This document shows, in pieces, positions 42,001 to 50,302 of a stretch of 64,000 nt of DNA. Position numbers and translations under genes: made by a program. Numbering within the stretch: position 1 is the first letter of the stretch; the number at the start of each line of letters is the position of its first letter. The notes under the pieces were generated by a model. It worked only from the letters and a program-made list of their open reading frames with translations. It searched no databases and was not told the DNA's origin. Origin of the DNA: Lachnospiraceae bacterium (GTDB lineage: Bacteria; Bacillota; Clostridia; Lachnospirales; Lachnospiraceae); contig JAZNEP010000007.1 of assembly GCA_045588655.1 (NCBI GenBank), positions 3,260-67,259 on the forward strand, in the 5' to 3' direction.

Positions 42001-43610
42001 TCGAAATTTACAAGAGTGTTGGTTTCATCCACACGGAACGCATATCCATCAACCTGTTTTTCATACCATCCTTCATATCCCGCATCAAGATAACCAAATG
42101 CCTCTCCGTGCTTTTGTGTATATGTATGGGCATAAGATTGCGAATAAGCCATGATACAAAACTGATCGCTTACTTTATAAGATTCCTGGAATGCTGAATT
42201 CTCTCCAAGATTTTTATCCCCAAAAATATCTCTGTCGGCTCCCGTCCAAAGATTATCATATCCAGAACCGGTAAAATCCGTATCGTCACAATCCAGTCTT
42301 AAATCTCTTGCCGGAACTTTGACCGTATCAAGACTACTACATCCTGTCACATTATTGTATTTATACACATGATCTCCGGAACCAGCATTGTTTGGCAATC
42401 CAAGATACGTTAAAGAAGCACAACCATACATGGTATACTGTACCTCATCAATATTACTTACACGGTCCGGAAATACAATCTGAGTCAAAGAGTAACAATT
42501 ATAAAAGAGTCCGCTTCCGATAATGTTTAATGAGGTATTTCCATCGGAATTAACACCATTTAAACCAACTGCTGAAAGATTGGTACAATCCTTAAACGCA
42601 CAGTTGCCAAGCTTGTTTACCTGATCCGGAATCTTAACTGCTGTCAAATATGTACATCCGGCAAATGCATAATCACCAATTTCTTTCAGGTTCGTCGGCT
42701 CTGTAAAATCAATGGTCGTCATCTGATTACAATCACGGAATGCATTGTTACCGATACAGTTGACACCATTTTCTACCTTTACAGATGTCATCTGACAACC
42801 TTTGAACGCATTGTTACCGATAGCAAGAATCTTTTCCGGAACAATCAAAGTGGCAAAATTGGTTGCTCCTTCAAAAACTCCTAAACCTGTTGTATCATAT
42901 CGGCCATCTGCAGAACCTGTATTTAATAGATTTAAATCTACTTCATAACGCGTGCTACCCACATATTGAACCGGAATAATCAGCTGTTCAGATACTTTGT
43001 AATCGATACTGTTTCCGGATACCAATTCAATATCTGTCATCCCATCTCCGCCTGCCACAACATAGAGCGGCTGTCCGGTCCAGCTTTCCTCTGCCGATGC
43101 AACACATGGCGACAAAATATCGTTCAATGCAGGTGTATTTATCGTTCCATCCTCATTAAAGGTCGGATCCGCTTTTTCCTGCGAAATATAATACAAATAT
43201 TCTCTATTATTATTAACAGCCACATACTCTGCTTTATCCTTATGATATAAAAATGCATTGATTTCATCTGGAATTTGTAATGCAGCATTTGTAATTACAT
43301 TATTAATGTTGTAATAGTTAATGACACCTGTCATGGTTCCGCCATTACTACCATATGCTACACGGAAATTACCATCTCCACTTGCAAAAATCGGATAATT
43401 GTTGCCTATATAATCCGGAATATATCTCTCCGGATCGGCGGCTGCTTCTGCAATTAAAGATCCTTCAAGCTGTGTTACAGACGCGCTTGATTTTGGTACC
43501 GGAATCAGTGCTACAATCAAGGCAGAAAGCATTAAAACTGCTGAAAGCGTTCCCATCACACTTCTTTTTAATCTTCTGTTTATCCGACGTTTTTTCTTTT
43601 TGTTTGCCAT
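39003..43610 (-). CDS. giant cell-surface protein (1535 aa): BspA-type LRRs plus three Listeria-Bacteroides (Flg_new) repeats plus Ser/Asn-rich linker, sortase-B-type substrate
   Basis: Signal peptide MANKKKKRRINRRLKRSVMGTLSAVLMLSALIVALIP. LRR_5 units. Three repeats of about 80 aa of type Y.V.F.D..G......V..G....P..P.R.GY.F.GW. C-terminal TPTTG-DPIHPKW-TM-KGSKNK. Confidence 0.8.
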   Translation of the reverse strand: MANKKKKRRINRRLKRSVMGTLSAVLMLSALIVALIPVPKSSASVTQLEGSLIAEAAADPERYIPDYIGNNYPIFASGDGNFRVAYGSNGGTMTGVINYYNINNVITNAALQIPDEINAFLYHKDKAEYVAVNNNREYLYYISQEKADPTFNEDGTINTPALNDILSPCVASAEESWTGQPLYVVAGGDGMTDIELVSGNSIDYKVSEQLIIPVQYVGSTRYEVDLNLLNTGSADGRYDTTGLGVFEGATNFATLIVPEKILAIGNNAFKGCQMTSVKVENGVNCIGNNAFRDCNQMTTIDFTEPTNLKEIGDYAFAGCTYLTAVKIPDQVNKLGNCAFKDCTNLSAVGLNGVNSDGNTSLNIIGSGLFYNCYSLTQIVFPDRVSNIDEVQYTMYGCASLTYLGLPNNAGSGDHVYKYNNVTGCSSLDTVKVPARDLRLDCDDTDFTGSGYDNLWTGADRDIFGDKNLGENSAFQESYKVSDQFCIMAYSQSYAHTYTQKHGEAFGYLDAGYEGWYEKQVDGYAFRVDETNTLVNFEKVDETNDGRNVIIPDNIAKYNVGSIAAGTFTNNEEIAYLYIPESVAYIEAGAFKGCTSLRTVNFDNALAVREIGPEAFKTGVTLEDIDSDGDNVPDENLCFVGDIAFGCVPFDYAMNVENNYNSPAAPTQYITYTSGFPQNLQIQMVVSKNADTNAIDSAYPVVVKIPTEDQLKGNSSYSISTYDGTSDYVRTKDQENAIVASANNKYQNNLSNPINPMILTEEEQAVIDAVYHVYIPEGIRGLDKDLFAGNNAVQSVILETVESVPANEFAGCKSLHTFIMKNSTAENGESLGKNAFKDCTALENVSFPNTLTEIDGMPFAGCTLLTDVDFGDSPYFVCEDAIIKGKGEDGTPIRIVECLETRGILKGAARLGSADFAGIKSIDEGAFQYCTGIREAYLDDSEVTLIPDYCFDGAQSLYYCSLSDTTKKIGKHAFRNTQLSTIAIPGSVQSIDDTAFITEDEYGNQKYIQGLTVECEEDSTAYWYCEDKEGITAQTYVQTFTVTFLDWDDYVLDVQTVNRGASAVAPRTAREGYALVGWTEKFDNVKEDIITKAIYEESNAPEIEGFYSVVFEDFDGLYQWDTQYLKEGECPSRPNVTPTRKGYVFSYWSPSNYTSIAVTGNLIIKAYYVEDPNYVEGDGNGGNTGGTTDTTKRYKVEFVDHDGQILDTQMVAAGSCPTETTVVPTRKGYVFSTWSPSNYATVPVSADMQVKALYKKDTSNQNMQDNSGSTSSDASKEPSSNSGGSSNNSSNSGNGNNGNNPNQNQTQTKPGGSNVSNGTTTIIRPSGTISGNHTTIVTRPGRPDTGTRVVVTKTGISNRDLVSAKISGANDNFVVKVSDSAEAREAVEAALLKEYGTLENLKYFAMDISLYDSTGTTKIENTTGITVTITLPLPDVLAAYAGNNKAGAVKNGIFEKLDSRLTSIDGVACITFDATHFSPYAIYVETDHLTSGVIDATPTTGDPIHPKWFLSLGLALLSVILFFSKGSKNKIVKVIE
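39890..40300 (-). repeat. intragenic tandem repeat (period about 250 nt) encoding Listeria-Bacteroides repeat domains
   Basis: Nucleotide-level similarity visible, e.g. ggtgaccacgtgctgaacacatacccttttctcgtcgg versus ggtgaccagtaactaaacacatatccttttcgtgtcgg. Confidence 0.6.
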
Positions 43611-43635
43611 CGCTGCTCTCCTCTGTCAAGAACTA

Positions 43636-44706
43636 TTATTGTATGCGTTTTGCCACTACAACAAAACGTCCGTCTTCTTCTTCATAATCACAGGTCGATA
43701 ATGTCAGGAGCTGGTCTCCGTAAGATGCTTCAACTCCGGTCTGATATAATGACATTTCCTGCATATTTTTCATATTCGAATCAAATTCTTTTTCTGAATC
43801 AATATCAATCATCTGATAATACTTAAATGTAATCTCATCCTCCGTATATATGTGCGAATTAAATACATACATGATTTCATACGTTGCTTTTTCATATATC
43901 GTATCAAAGCTGATGATCGGATGTTTTTTGTAATATTCCACTGATTTATATTTATCCAGATTACCAAACATATTTCCGGAACGCATATTATGACCATAAA
44001 TAATCAGATTTGAACTCGGTTTGAGAACATCACACTGATAGTCCATAAATAGTGTTCCATTTTTATCCTGTTTATGATTAATATCATGATCTAAATAGAA
44101 CTCATTATCATCTGTCTGCATAACAGGGTAATCAATATTAGTATCGGCAATTTTTAGCCATCCAATTAGGTTTTTATTCTGATTATATAAACTTTTATAC
44201 TCGTCAAGAACAGTATATACTTTTTCCTGTCCGGTTTCATCGTCCGTATGTACTAAGGTTGGTGTCTCATAAATAGAATTTAGCATTTCGTTCTCTTTTC
44301 GAGATGCTAATCTTTGATTTTCCTGCTCTGTTTGATAAGACTCAAAACAGTATAATCCAAAATACACAAGACATCCCAAGGCTGCTATAAACAACAACGT
44401 TTGAATCAATCGCTTTATCCGAAGTTCACCCTTGGTAAGAACAATTACTTTTTTAGAATTTCGTTTCTGTTTTGGAGTACCAACCGCTTTTTTCTTAGAA
44501 GCTGATGAATGCGTAGAGTGTTTCACTTTTTTTTGCTTCTCTTTTATCTGCATAGCACGTTCAAAAATCTCATCATCAAACCTTCGTTCCTCAGGCGTTA
44601 CCAACTGATATTTCCCTGACTGAAGGTCTGCATACAAGGCCAAAACATCACAATCTTTCGACAAATCATATGTTTTCTTTATTTGATCAATTACAGACTT
44701 ACCCAT
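43636..44706 (-). CDS. srtB: class B sortase with about 100-aa cytoplasmic N-terminal extension
   Basis: Catalytic motifs ...LIIYGHNM... (His) and ...LLTLSTCDY... (TLxTC Cys); single TM LIQTLLFIAALGCLVYFGLYCF preceded by a long basic N-terminal region. No obvious SD at the annotated ATG. Confidence 0.75.
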   Translation of the reverse strand: MGKSVIDQIKKTYDLSKDCDVLALYADLQSGKYQLVTPEERRFDDEIFERAMQIKEKQKKVKHSTHSSASKKKAVGTPKQKRNSKKVIVLTKGELRIKRLIQTLLFIAALGCLVYFGLYCFESYQTEQENQRLASRKENEMLNSIYETPTLVHTDDETGQEKVYTVLDEYKSLYNQNKNLIGWLKIADTNIDYPVMQTDDNEFYLDHDINHKQDKNGTLFMDYQCDVLKPSSNLIIYGHNMRSGNMFGNLDKYKSVEYYKKHPIISFDTIYEKATYEIMYVFNSHIYTEDEITFKYYQMIDIDSEKEFDSNMKNMQEMSLYQTGVEASYGDQLLTLSTCDYEEEDGRFVVVAKRIQ

Positions 44707-44843
44707 GGTTATATTTTAACTATATATTGCATGAAATTCAAGCCTTATCCAATATATTGTGGCTGTTTTTTTCTGCCATATCATGCACAATTATTTAATC
44801 TCATCATATGATACAACATAACATAAATTTTGGAGGCTCTAAC

Positions 44844-45089
44844 ATGAGTGAATTATCAGCTAGTCAATGCGGATGTCGTCAAGAAACAAGATGCGGAAAC
44901 AATTACAGTAACGGTTTCGGAAGTTGGATTTGGATTATCCTCTTATTATGTATCTGCGGAAACAACAACGATGACAATTGTGGTTGTGGTTTCGGATTCA
45001 TGCGTAGCGGTTCAAACAATTGCTGTGAATGGATCATCCTTCTCTTAATCCTCAGCTGTTGCTGTGGTGGAAATGGTTCTTGTTTCTAA
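44844..45089 (+). CDS. Cys/Gly/Asn-rich tiny-TM protein with internal duplication (YjcZ/tiny_TM_bacill-like sporulation protein?)
   Basis: MSELSASQCGCRQETRCGNNYSNGFGSWIWIILLLCICGNNNDDNCGCGFGFMRSGSNNCCEWIILLLILSCCCGGNGSCF: two copies of a G/C-rich segment, hydrophobic helix, CC(C)G. GGAGG SD 8 nt upstream of ATG. Family assignment by composition only. Confidence 0.45.
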   Translation: MSELSASQCGCRQETRCGNNYSNGFGSWIWIILLLCICGNNNDDNCGCGFGFMRSGSNNCCEWIILLLILSCCCGGNGSCF

Positions 45090-45185
45090 TGCCATTTTAT
45101 TGTAATAAAGGGGGGCTAAAATGCCTCCTTTATTACAATTCATAGTTATCGCTTTATATGCATAGGATAAAACAAGGAGGCTGTC

Positions 45186-45683
45186 ATGGAACATAATGAT
45201 ACAATTCTTACTTTTGATACACTCTATACCACAAATGAAATCCAAATCTTAAAACTTGCTCTTCCATTACTTTCTGCATCTTTGCGTCCTTATGTCGCTT
45301 TGCTGATTAAAGGAAAAGAGCTAAAGTATTGTTTGGAACAACTACCAAAATCAAAGATACAGGATACCGCAATTGAACTCTCATATTTTGATGTATTCCT
45401 AGACAATGCACTACCTTACTGCAACGAAAAACAAAAAGAACTTTTTATGCAAATGAAACAACTAAAACACAGTATTGATATGTTCGAAAAAATGAAGAGC
45501 ATGATGTCGATGTTTGGAGAAGACGGAGTCGCGGACATCGGAAATCTGTTTCAAACATTCGGAGCAGCTGAATCCACATCCAAAGGAAGCTCTCCGGAGG
45601 ATTTTCTACGCTCCTCTATGTCCGGCGAACAGGCCGAACTGTTTGAACAATTTAAAAAGAAATTTGAGGAAGATTTATTCTGA
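45186..45683 (+). CDS. hypothetical protein (165 aa), helical, Met-rich acidic C-terminus
   Basis: Good SD (AAGGAGG) and ATG; no recognisable family. Confidence 0.5.
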   Translation: MEHNDTILTFDTLYTTNEIQILKLALPLLSASLRPYVALLIKGKELKYCLEQLPKSKIQDTAIELSYFDVFLDNALPYCNEKQKELFMQMKQLKHSIDMFEKMKSMMSMFGEDGVADIGNLFQTFGAAESTSKGSSPEDFLRSSMSGEQAELFEQFKKKFEEDLF

Positions 45684-45695
45684 AAGGAGCTCATT

Positions 45696-45968
45696 ATGGC
45701 AAATCAAGATTGGATGAATGATGAACGAATTCAGCATATAGAAAAAAACAAACTTCATTTTTTACAAAAACTGGTATTCGAAATGCAGCAATTATCTGAC
45801 AAAGAAAAACTCCCCTTTCTCATGGCTCTTGCTACCAGTACTAAAAAAAATAATATTTCTTTTTCTGAACAGGAAATAACATCCATCATACAGGTAATAA
45901 AGGAATATAGCACACCAGAAGAACTCTCTAAAATGAATCGAATACTTTCTATGTTCTCTCATACATAA
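45696..45968 (+). CDS. hypothetical protein (90 aa)
   Basis: SD GAAAGGAG; translationally close (12 nt) to the preceding ORF; no recognisable family. Confidence 0.45.
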   Translation: MANQDWMNDERIQHIEKNKLHFLQKLVFEMQQLSDKEKLPFLMALATSTKKNNISFSEQEITSIIQVIKEYSTPEELSKMNRILSMFSHT

Positions 45969-45980
45969 TTCTATTTATAA

Positions 45981-46026
45981 AAAAAGTCAGAAATTTGTTA
46001 TAAAACAAATTTCTGACTTTTTTTTA
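45981..46026. terminator. bidirectional rho-independent terminator (small-gene islet on + strand, leuS on - strand)
   Basis: AAAAA AGTCAGAAATTTGT tataaa ACAAATTTCTGACT TTTTTTT, perfect 14-bp stem. Confidence 0.8.
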
Positions 46027-48459
46027 ATTCGGTTTTACTACAATATTAACAATCTTACCAGGTACATAAATTTCTTTCACAATTGTGCCCGACAGCTTCG
46101 AACCAAGCGAATCCTTTGCAGCAGCAATTACCTCATCTTTTGCTGCATCTACACTAATTGTCAATACAGCTTTTGTTTTACCATTTATCTGAACAGCGAT
46201 TTCAATTTCATCATCTTTCATTGCTGAAGCATCCGCTGACGGCCATACGGTATGGAATACTGAACCTGTCTCACCCAGTTCGTGCCACAACTCTTCACCA
46301 AGATGTGGTGCAAACGGAGCCAAAAGAACAACTGCAGTCTTTAATGTCTCCTTGTCAACGCCGTCTTTCTTGGCCATCTCAATCATCTTATTGTTGTACT
46401 CCATAAATCCGGATACAACTGTATTTAAGCTAAAGCTTTCAAGACGCTGCGAAATATCATATACCATCTTATTGCGAAGTTTCACAGACTCTTTTGTCTC
46501 AGCAACATTCTTATCTTTGTTATCCATTACAAGATTCCAGAACTTCGTGATGAAACGGTAAATACCGTCCATACCTCTGTCATCCCAGATGGAATCAAGC
46601 TCAGGCGGACCGATAAAAAGCTCATAGAGACGGAGTGAGTCACATCCGTAATCTCTTACAATATCATCCGGCGAAACGATGTTTCCGAGTGATTTACTCA
46701 TCTTTGTCGCGGCACCTGTCTCTTTATCTCTACCACACACCATTCCCTGATTGAACAGTTTCTTGAACGGTTCATCAAAGCTAACTGCACCGATATCATA
46801 TAAGAATTTTGTATAGAATCTGGAATAGAGCAGGTGGAGTACTGCATGTTCTACGCCTCCGATATACATATCAACCGGAAGATATTTCTCTGCCATTTCT
46901 TTGCTTACTAACTCATTGTCATTTTTACTGTCCACATAGCGAAGGAAGTACCAAGAGGAACCTGCCCACTGTGGCATTGTATTTGTCTCACGCTTAGACG
47001 GTGCACCACAGCACGGACATGTTGTATTTACCCATTCTGCAATATCCGCAAGCGGTGATTCGCCTGTTCCTGTCGGCTGATAAGACTCCACATCCGGAAG
47101 CAATAATGGAAGCTGATCTTCCGGAACCGGTACAGGTCCACACTTCGGACAATGTACAATCGGAATCGGCTCACCCCAGTAACGCTGACGAGAGAACACC
47201 CAATCACGAAGCTTATAATTCGTTGTTTTGCGTCCGTATCCCATCTTTTCAATCATCATCGGTGCTTCCTGCTTCAGTACAGAGGATTCCATACCGTTCC
47301 ATTCACCGGAATTGATCATGAGACCGGAAGCTTCTGTATAAGCTTCTGTCATATCTTCAATTTCTTTTCCGTCTTTGGCAATAACCTGTATAATCGGAAT
47401 ATCAAATTTCTTAGCAAACTCAAAGTCTCTATCATCATGTGCAGGTACACACATAATCGCACCTGTACCATAATCTGCAAGAACGTAGTCTGATAACCAA
47501 ATCGGAACCAGTGCATTATTCAATGGATTTACAGCATAAGAACCAGTGAATACACCTGTCTTTTCCTTGCTCTGCATACGGTCAACATTTGATTTGTTCG
47601 CCGCCTCAGCAATGTATTTTTCAACTGCATCTTTGTTTTCTTCTGTTGCAAGACTCTGCGCCAGCGCATGCTCCGGTGAAAGTACCATAAAGGTGGCTCC
47701 GTGAAGCGTATCCGGTCTAGTTGTATATACGGTAATGGCCTCTTCTCTTCCGTCAACTTTAAAGTCAACCTCAGCACCGTAAGAACGTCCAATCCACTCA
47801 GACTGCATTTTCTTTACTTTTTCCGGCCAGTCAAGCTTGTCAAGATCCTCCAATAAACGATCCGCGTATTTTGTAATACGGAGCATCCACTGATTTAAGT
47901 TTTTCTTTGTTACATCAGAATGACAACGCTCACACTTTCCGTTGACAACCTCTTCATTCGCAAGACCTGTCTTACAAGACGGACACCAGTTAATCGGCAT
48001 TTCTTTTTGATACGCAAGACCATGTTTAAACATCTGAACAAAAATCCACTGTGTCCATTTATAGAAATTAGGATCTGTTGTATTTACTTCTCTATCCCAG
48101 TCATAAAGTGCAGCAATCTGATTAATCTGCTTTTTGATATTCGCCACATTTTGTGCTGTAGAAACTGCTGGGTGCACACCATGCTGAATCGCATAATTCT
48201 CTGCCGGAAGTCCGAACGCATCCCATCCCATTGGGTGAATGATGTAATGACCGCCATTTAACATTTTATATCGGCTCCATACATCGGAGATAACGTACCC
48301 TCTCCAATGACCAACATGTAAGCCGTTTCCGGAAGGATATGGGAACATGTCAAGACAGTAGTATTTTGGTTTTTTACCATCGTCCACGTTAACAGGATTT
48401 GCTTCCCATTCTTTCCGCCATTTTTCTTCAATTTCCCTGTGATTATACGGTATAGCCAT
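46024..48459 (-). CDS. leuS: leucine--tRNA ligase
   Basis: [18 protein letters not shown]..., HIGH (..GNGLHVGHW..) and KMSKS (KMSKSLGN) motifs; start at internal ATG with AAGAGGT SD. Confidence 0.95.
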   Translation of the reverse strand: MAIPYNHREIEEKWRKEWEANPVNVDDGKKPKYYCLDMFPYPSGNGLHVGHWRGYVISDVWSRYKMLNGGHYIIHPMGWDAFGLPAENYAIQHGVHPAVSTAQNVANIKKQINQIAALYDWDREVNTTDPNFYKWTQWIFVQMFKHGLAYQKEMPINWCPSCKTGLANEEVVNGKCERCHSDVTKKNLNQWMLRITKYADRLLEDLDKLDWPEKVKKMQSEWIGRSYGAEVDFKVDGREEAITVYTTRPDTLHGATFMVLSPEHALAQSLATEENKDAVEKYIAEAANKSNVDRMQSKEKTGVFTGSYAVNPLNNALVPIWLSDYVLADYGTGAIMCVPAHDDRDFEFAKKFDIPIIQVIAKDGKEIEDMTEAYTEASGLMINSGEWNGMESSVLKQEAPMMIEKMGYGRKTTNYKLRDWVFSRQRYWGEPIPIVHCPKCGPVPVPEDQLPLLLPDVESYQPTGTGESPLADIAEWVNTTCPCCGAPSKRETNTMPQWAGSSWYFLRYVDSKNDNELVSKEMAEKYLPVDMYIGGVEHAVLHLLYSRFYTKFLYDIGAVSFDEPFKKLFNQGMVCGRDKETGAATKMSKSLGNIVSPDDIVRDYGCDSLRLYELFIGPPELDSIWDDRGMDGIYRFITKFWNLVMDNKDKNVAETKESVKLRNKMVYDISQRLESFSLNTVVSGFMEYNNKMIEMAKKDGVDKETLKTAVVLLAPFAPHLGEELWHELGETGSVFHTVWPSADASAMKDDEIEIAVQINGKTKAVLTISVDAAKDEVIAAAKDSLGSKLSGTIVKEIYVPGKIVNIVVKPN

Positions 48460-48560
48460 TTTTTTTACCTCTTTACCTATCATTGTATTTCAATTGCTCT
48501 TGCAATTAATTCCATGCTTATTAATAGTAAACTTAGTGCTTTAAAAAGTCAAGATACAGG

Positions 48561-49448
48561 TTAACGTATCAAATCAATTTCCGTTTTCCCGTCCACACAT
48601 TTGTATTTATATGTGATCTTATGTTTTTTCAGGTTTTTGATAAATACTTTATCAAGTTTTGGTACGCCCGGCGGACACTCTAAATGTAAATGCCACAAAT
48701 CATACTGCGAAGCGGTTTTAAATCGAATTGCACCCTCATCGCCACGAAATCCTTCTGCCTGCATAAGTGCAAAGCTAAGCAATGAATCATACATATGATA
48801 TACATCTGATACCGGCATATCAAATGTATCCGGCATATCCACCTTACACTTGAAATCAATTCCTTTTTCATCACAAGATACAAACATATCCGACACAAGC
48901 GCAGCCAATACCGGATTTTCAACTCCGACCTGATTTTTGAATGAGTCCAGAACCGCAAGCATATGCTCACATTCTCTTTCATCCGGGTCAAGACTGTAGC
49001 TTAATTTTTCTTTCATCTCCGACAATATCACATACATTCTCGGAATCTCATTTTCCAACGTCTCATAATATTTTTTCTTTGGAAACCAACTTTTCCACCT
49101 TTTAGACAAAATAAGATCCATCTTTTCATAATCATGAAAAGACGGACATTTGTCATAATTGACCTGCTTTAATGTATTTGTTTCCATTTCTTTATATATC
49201 TCATCCAGAAGCGTTTCTATTTGAGCAAGAATCTGCGCTTTCATTTTTTTGCCTTCCTGCGCAGCTTCCTCATCCATCCAAAAAAACTGTATAGACTGGA
49301 CATAGTTTGCAAAATCATGTCGTATTGTTCCTAATTTCTGAAAAAAAACTCGGTATGGCGCATACTTTTCTTCTGCCTGCTTCATATCTTCTATCAGATA
49401 CGTAAGCCATGTATCTTTTTTAAAATGACCATGAAACAGAAAAAACAT
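48561..49448 (-). CDS. cytoplasmic (TM-less) sensor-kinase-like protein, HPK10/SpoOB-alpha type H-box, putative partner of the LytTR regulator
   Basis: ...TIRHDFANYVQSI... resembles the RHDFxNH phospho-acceptor box of AgrC/ComD-type kinases. No TM segments. Immediately downstream (25 nt) of the LytTR regulator gene. Confidence 0.45.
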   Translation of the reverse strand: MFFLFHGHFKKDTWLTYLIEDMKQAEEKYAPYRVFFQKLGTIRHDFANYVQSIQFFWMDEEAAQEGKKMKAQILAQIETLLDEIYKEMETNTLKQVNYDKCPSFHDYEKMDLILSKRWKSWFPKKKYYETLENEIPRMYVILSEMKEKLSYSLDPDERECEHMLAVLDSFKNQVGVENPVLAALVSDMFVSCDEKGIDFKCKVDMPDTFDMPVSDVYHMYDSLLSFALMQAEGFRGDEGAIRFKTASQYDLWHLHLECPPGVPKLDKVFIKNLKKHKITYKYKCVDGKTEIDLIR

Positions 49449-49466
49449 AACAAACTCCCTTAAAGA

Positions 49467-50174
49467 TTAAATATGTAATGCAATTATTTCTTTTACATTT
49501 TTATAATGTCTGCGACTGACCGGAATACGACTACCATCCGAAACAGTAATCCCATCCTCTTTTGAAAAAGATCTGACTTTAAATACATTACATGCAAAAC
49601 TCTGATGCGTCGTGAGAATATAATCCGGTAACATAGCGGTAAGTTCTGACAACTTGGATGTCACTTCAATGGATTCACCTTTTTCAAGATAAATCATACA
49701 ATTTCGATTAAAAATCTCAATGTAAAGAATCTCATCAACTTTCACACGATGGAGTTTACCACCGGTACCGGGTACCGTGATGGTTTTTACTTCTTGATTC
49801 TCTACAATTTCCATCGCTCTTTCTACAGAAGAATAAAGCTTTGTATCATCAATCGGTTTGGAAAGAAAATAAACCGGGTCTGCATCAAACACGCTACTTG
49901 CAAGCTGTGCGTATCCCGATAATAAAATCACCTTTATCTGTGGATAATCATCACGTATCTGTTTGGCTATTACTATACCGTCTGCCTCCCCAAGCGCTAT
50001 ATCAAGAATAAGAATATTCGTTTTGCCATTTTGCTGGTTATAAATCCAGTCATGTAAATCTTCTGCATTATATAAACATGTACATTCTATTTTATTTTGA
50101 AATCTTCGATCTAACAAATCTTTTACATGATCAGTGATTCTCTTATCATCATCACATATAACAACATGAAACAT
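49467..50174 (-). CDS. LytTR-family response regulator (REC plus LytTR DNA-binding domain)
   Basis: REC with phospho-Asp context NILILDIALGEADG; C-terminal LytTR (...KLHRVKVDEILYIE...). Confidence 0.9.
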   Translation of the reverse strand: MFHVVICDDDKRITDHVKDLLDRRFQNKIECTCLYNAEDLHDWIYNQQNGKTNILILDIALGEADGIVIAKQIRDDYPQIKVILLSGYAQLASSVFDADPVYFLSKPIDDTKLYSSVERAMEIVENQEVKTITVPGTGGKLHRVKVDEILYIEIFNRNCMIYLEKGESIEVTSKLSELTAMLPDYILTTHQSFACNVFKVRSFSKEDGITVSDGSRIPVSRRHYKNVKEIIALHI

Positions 50175-50261
50175 CTACTCACCTCGCTGTTTGTATCCAT
50201 ATAACATGTATACATACTATTATTATTTTATGTTTTTTTCGAACATTAGTCAACTCCATTC

Positions 50262-50299
50262 AAAAAAAAGCAGACATTCAGTGTCTGTCTGCTTTTTTC
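50262..50299. terminator. rho-independent terminator between membrane-protein gene and LytTR gene
   Basis: AAAAAAAAGCAGACA ttcag TGTCTGTCTGC TTTTTTC. Confidence 0.7.
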
Positions 50300-50302
50300 T
50301 CT

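Noticed and set aside
44707-44843. Sigma-K/sigma-E sporulation promoter upstream of the Cys-rich small gene
   Set aside because: Only a loose CATATGATA match to the sigma-K -10 was seen, with no convincing -35. It is kept as a remark inside the finding rather than as a feature.
48460-48560. T-box leader upstream of leuS
   Set aside because: Only about 100 nt separate leuS from the upstream gene. No TGGTACCGCG T-box sequence and no terminator/antiterminator are present there, unlike the clear T-box ahead of pheS.
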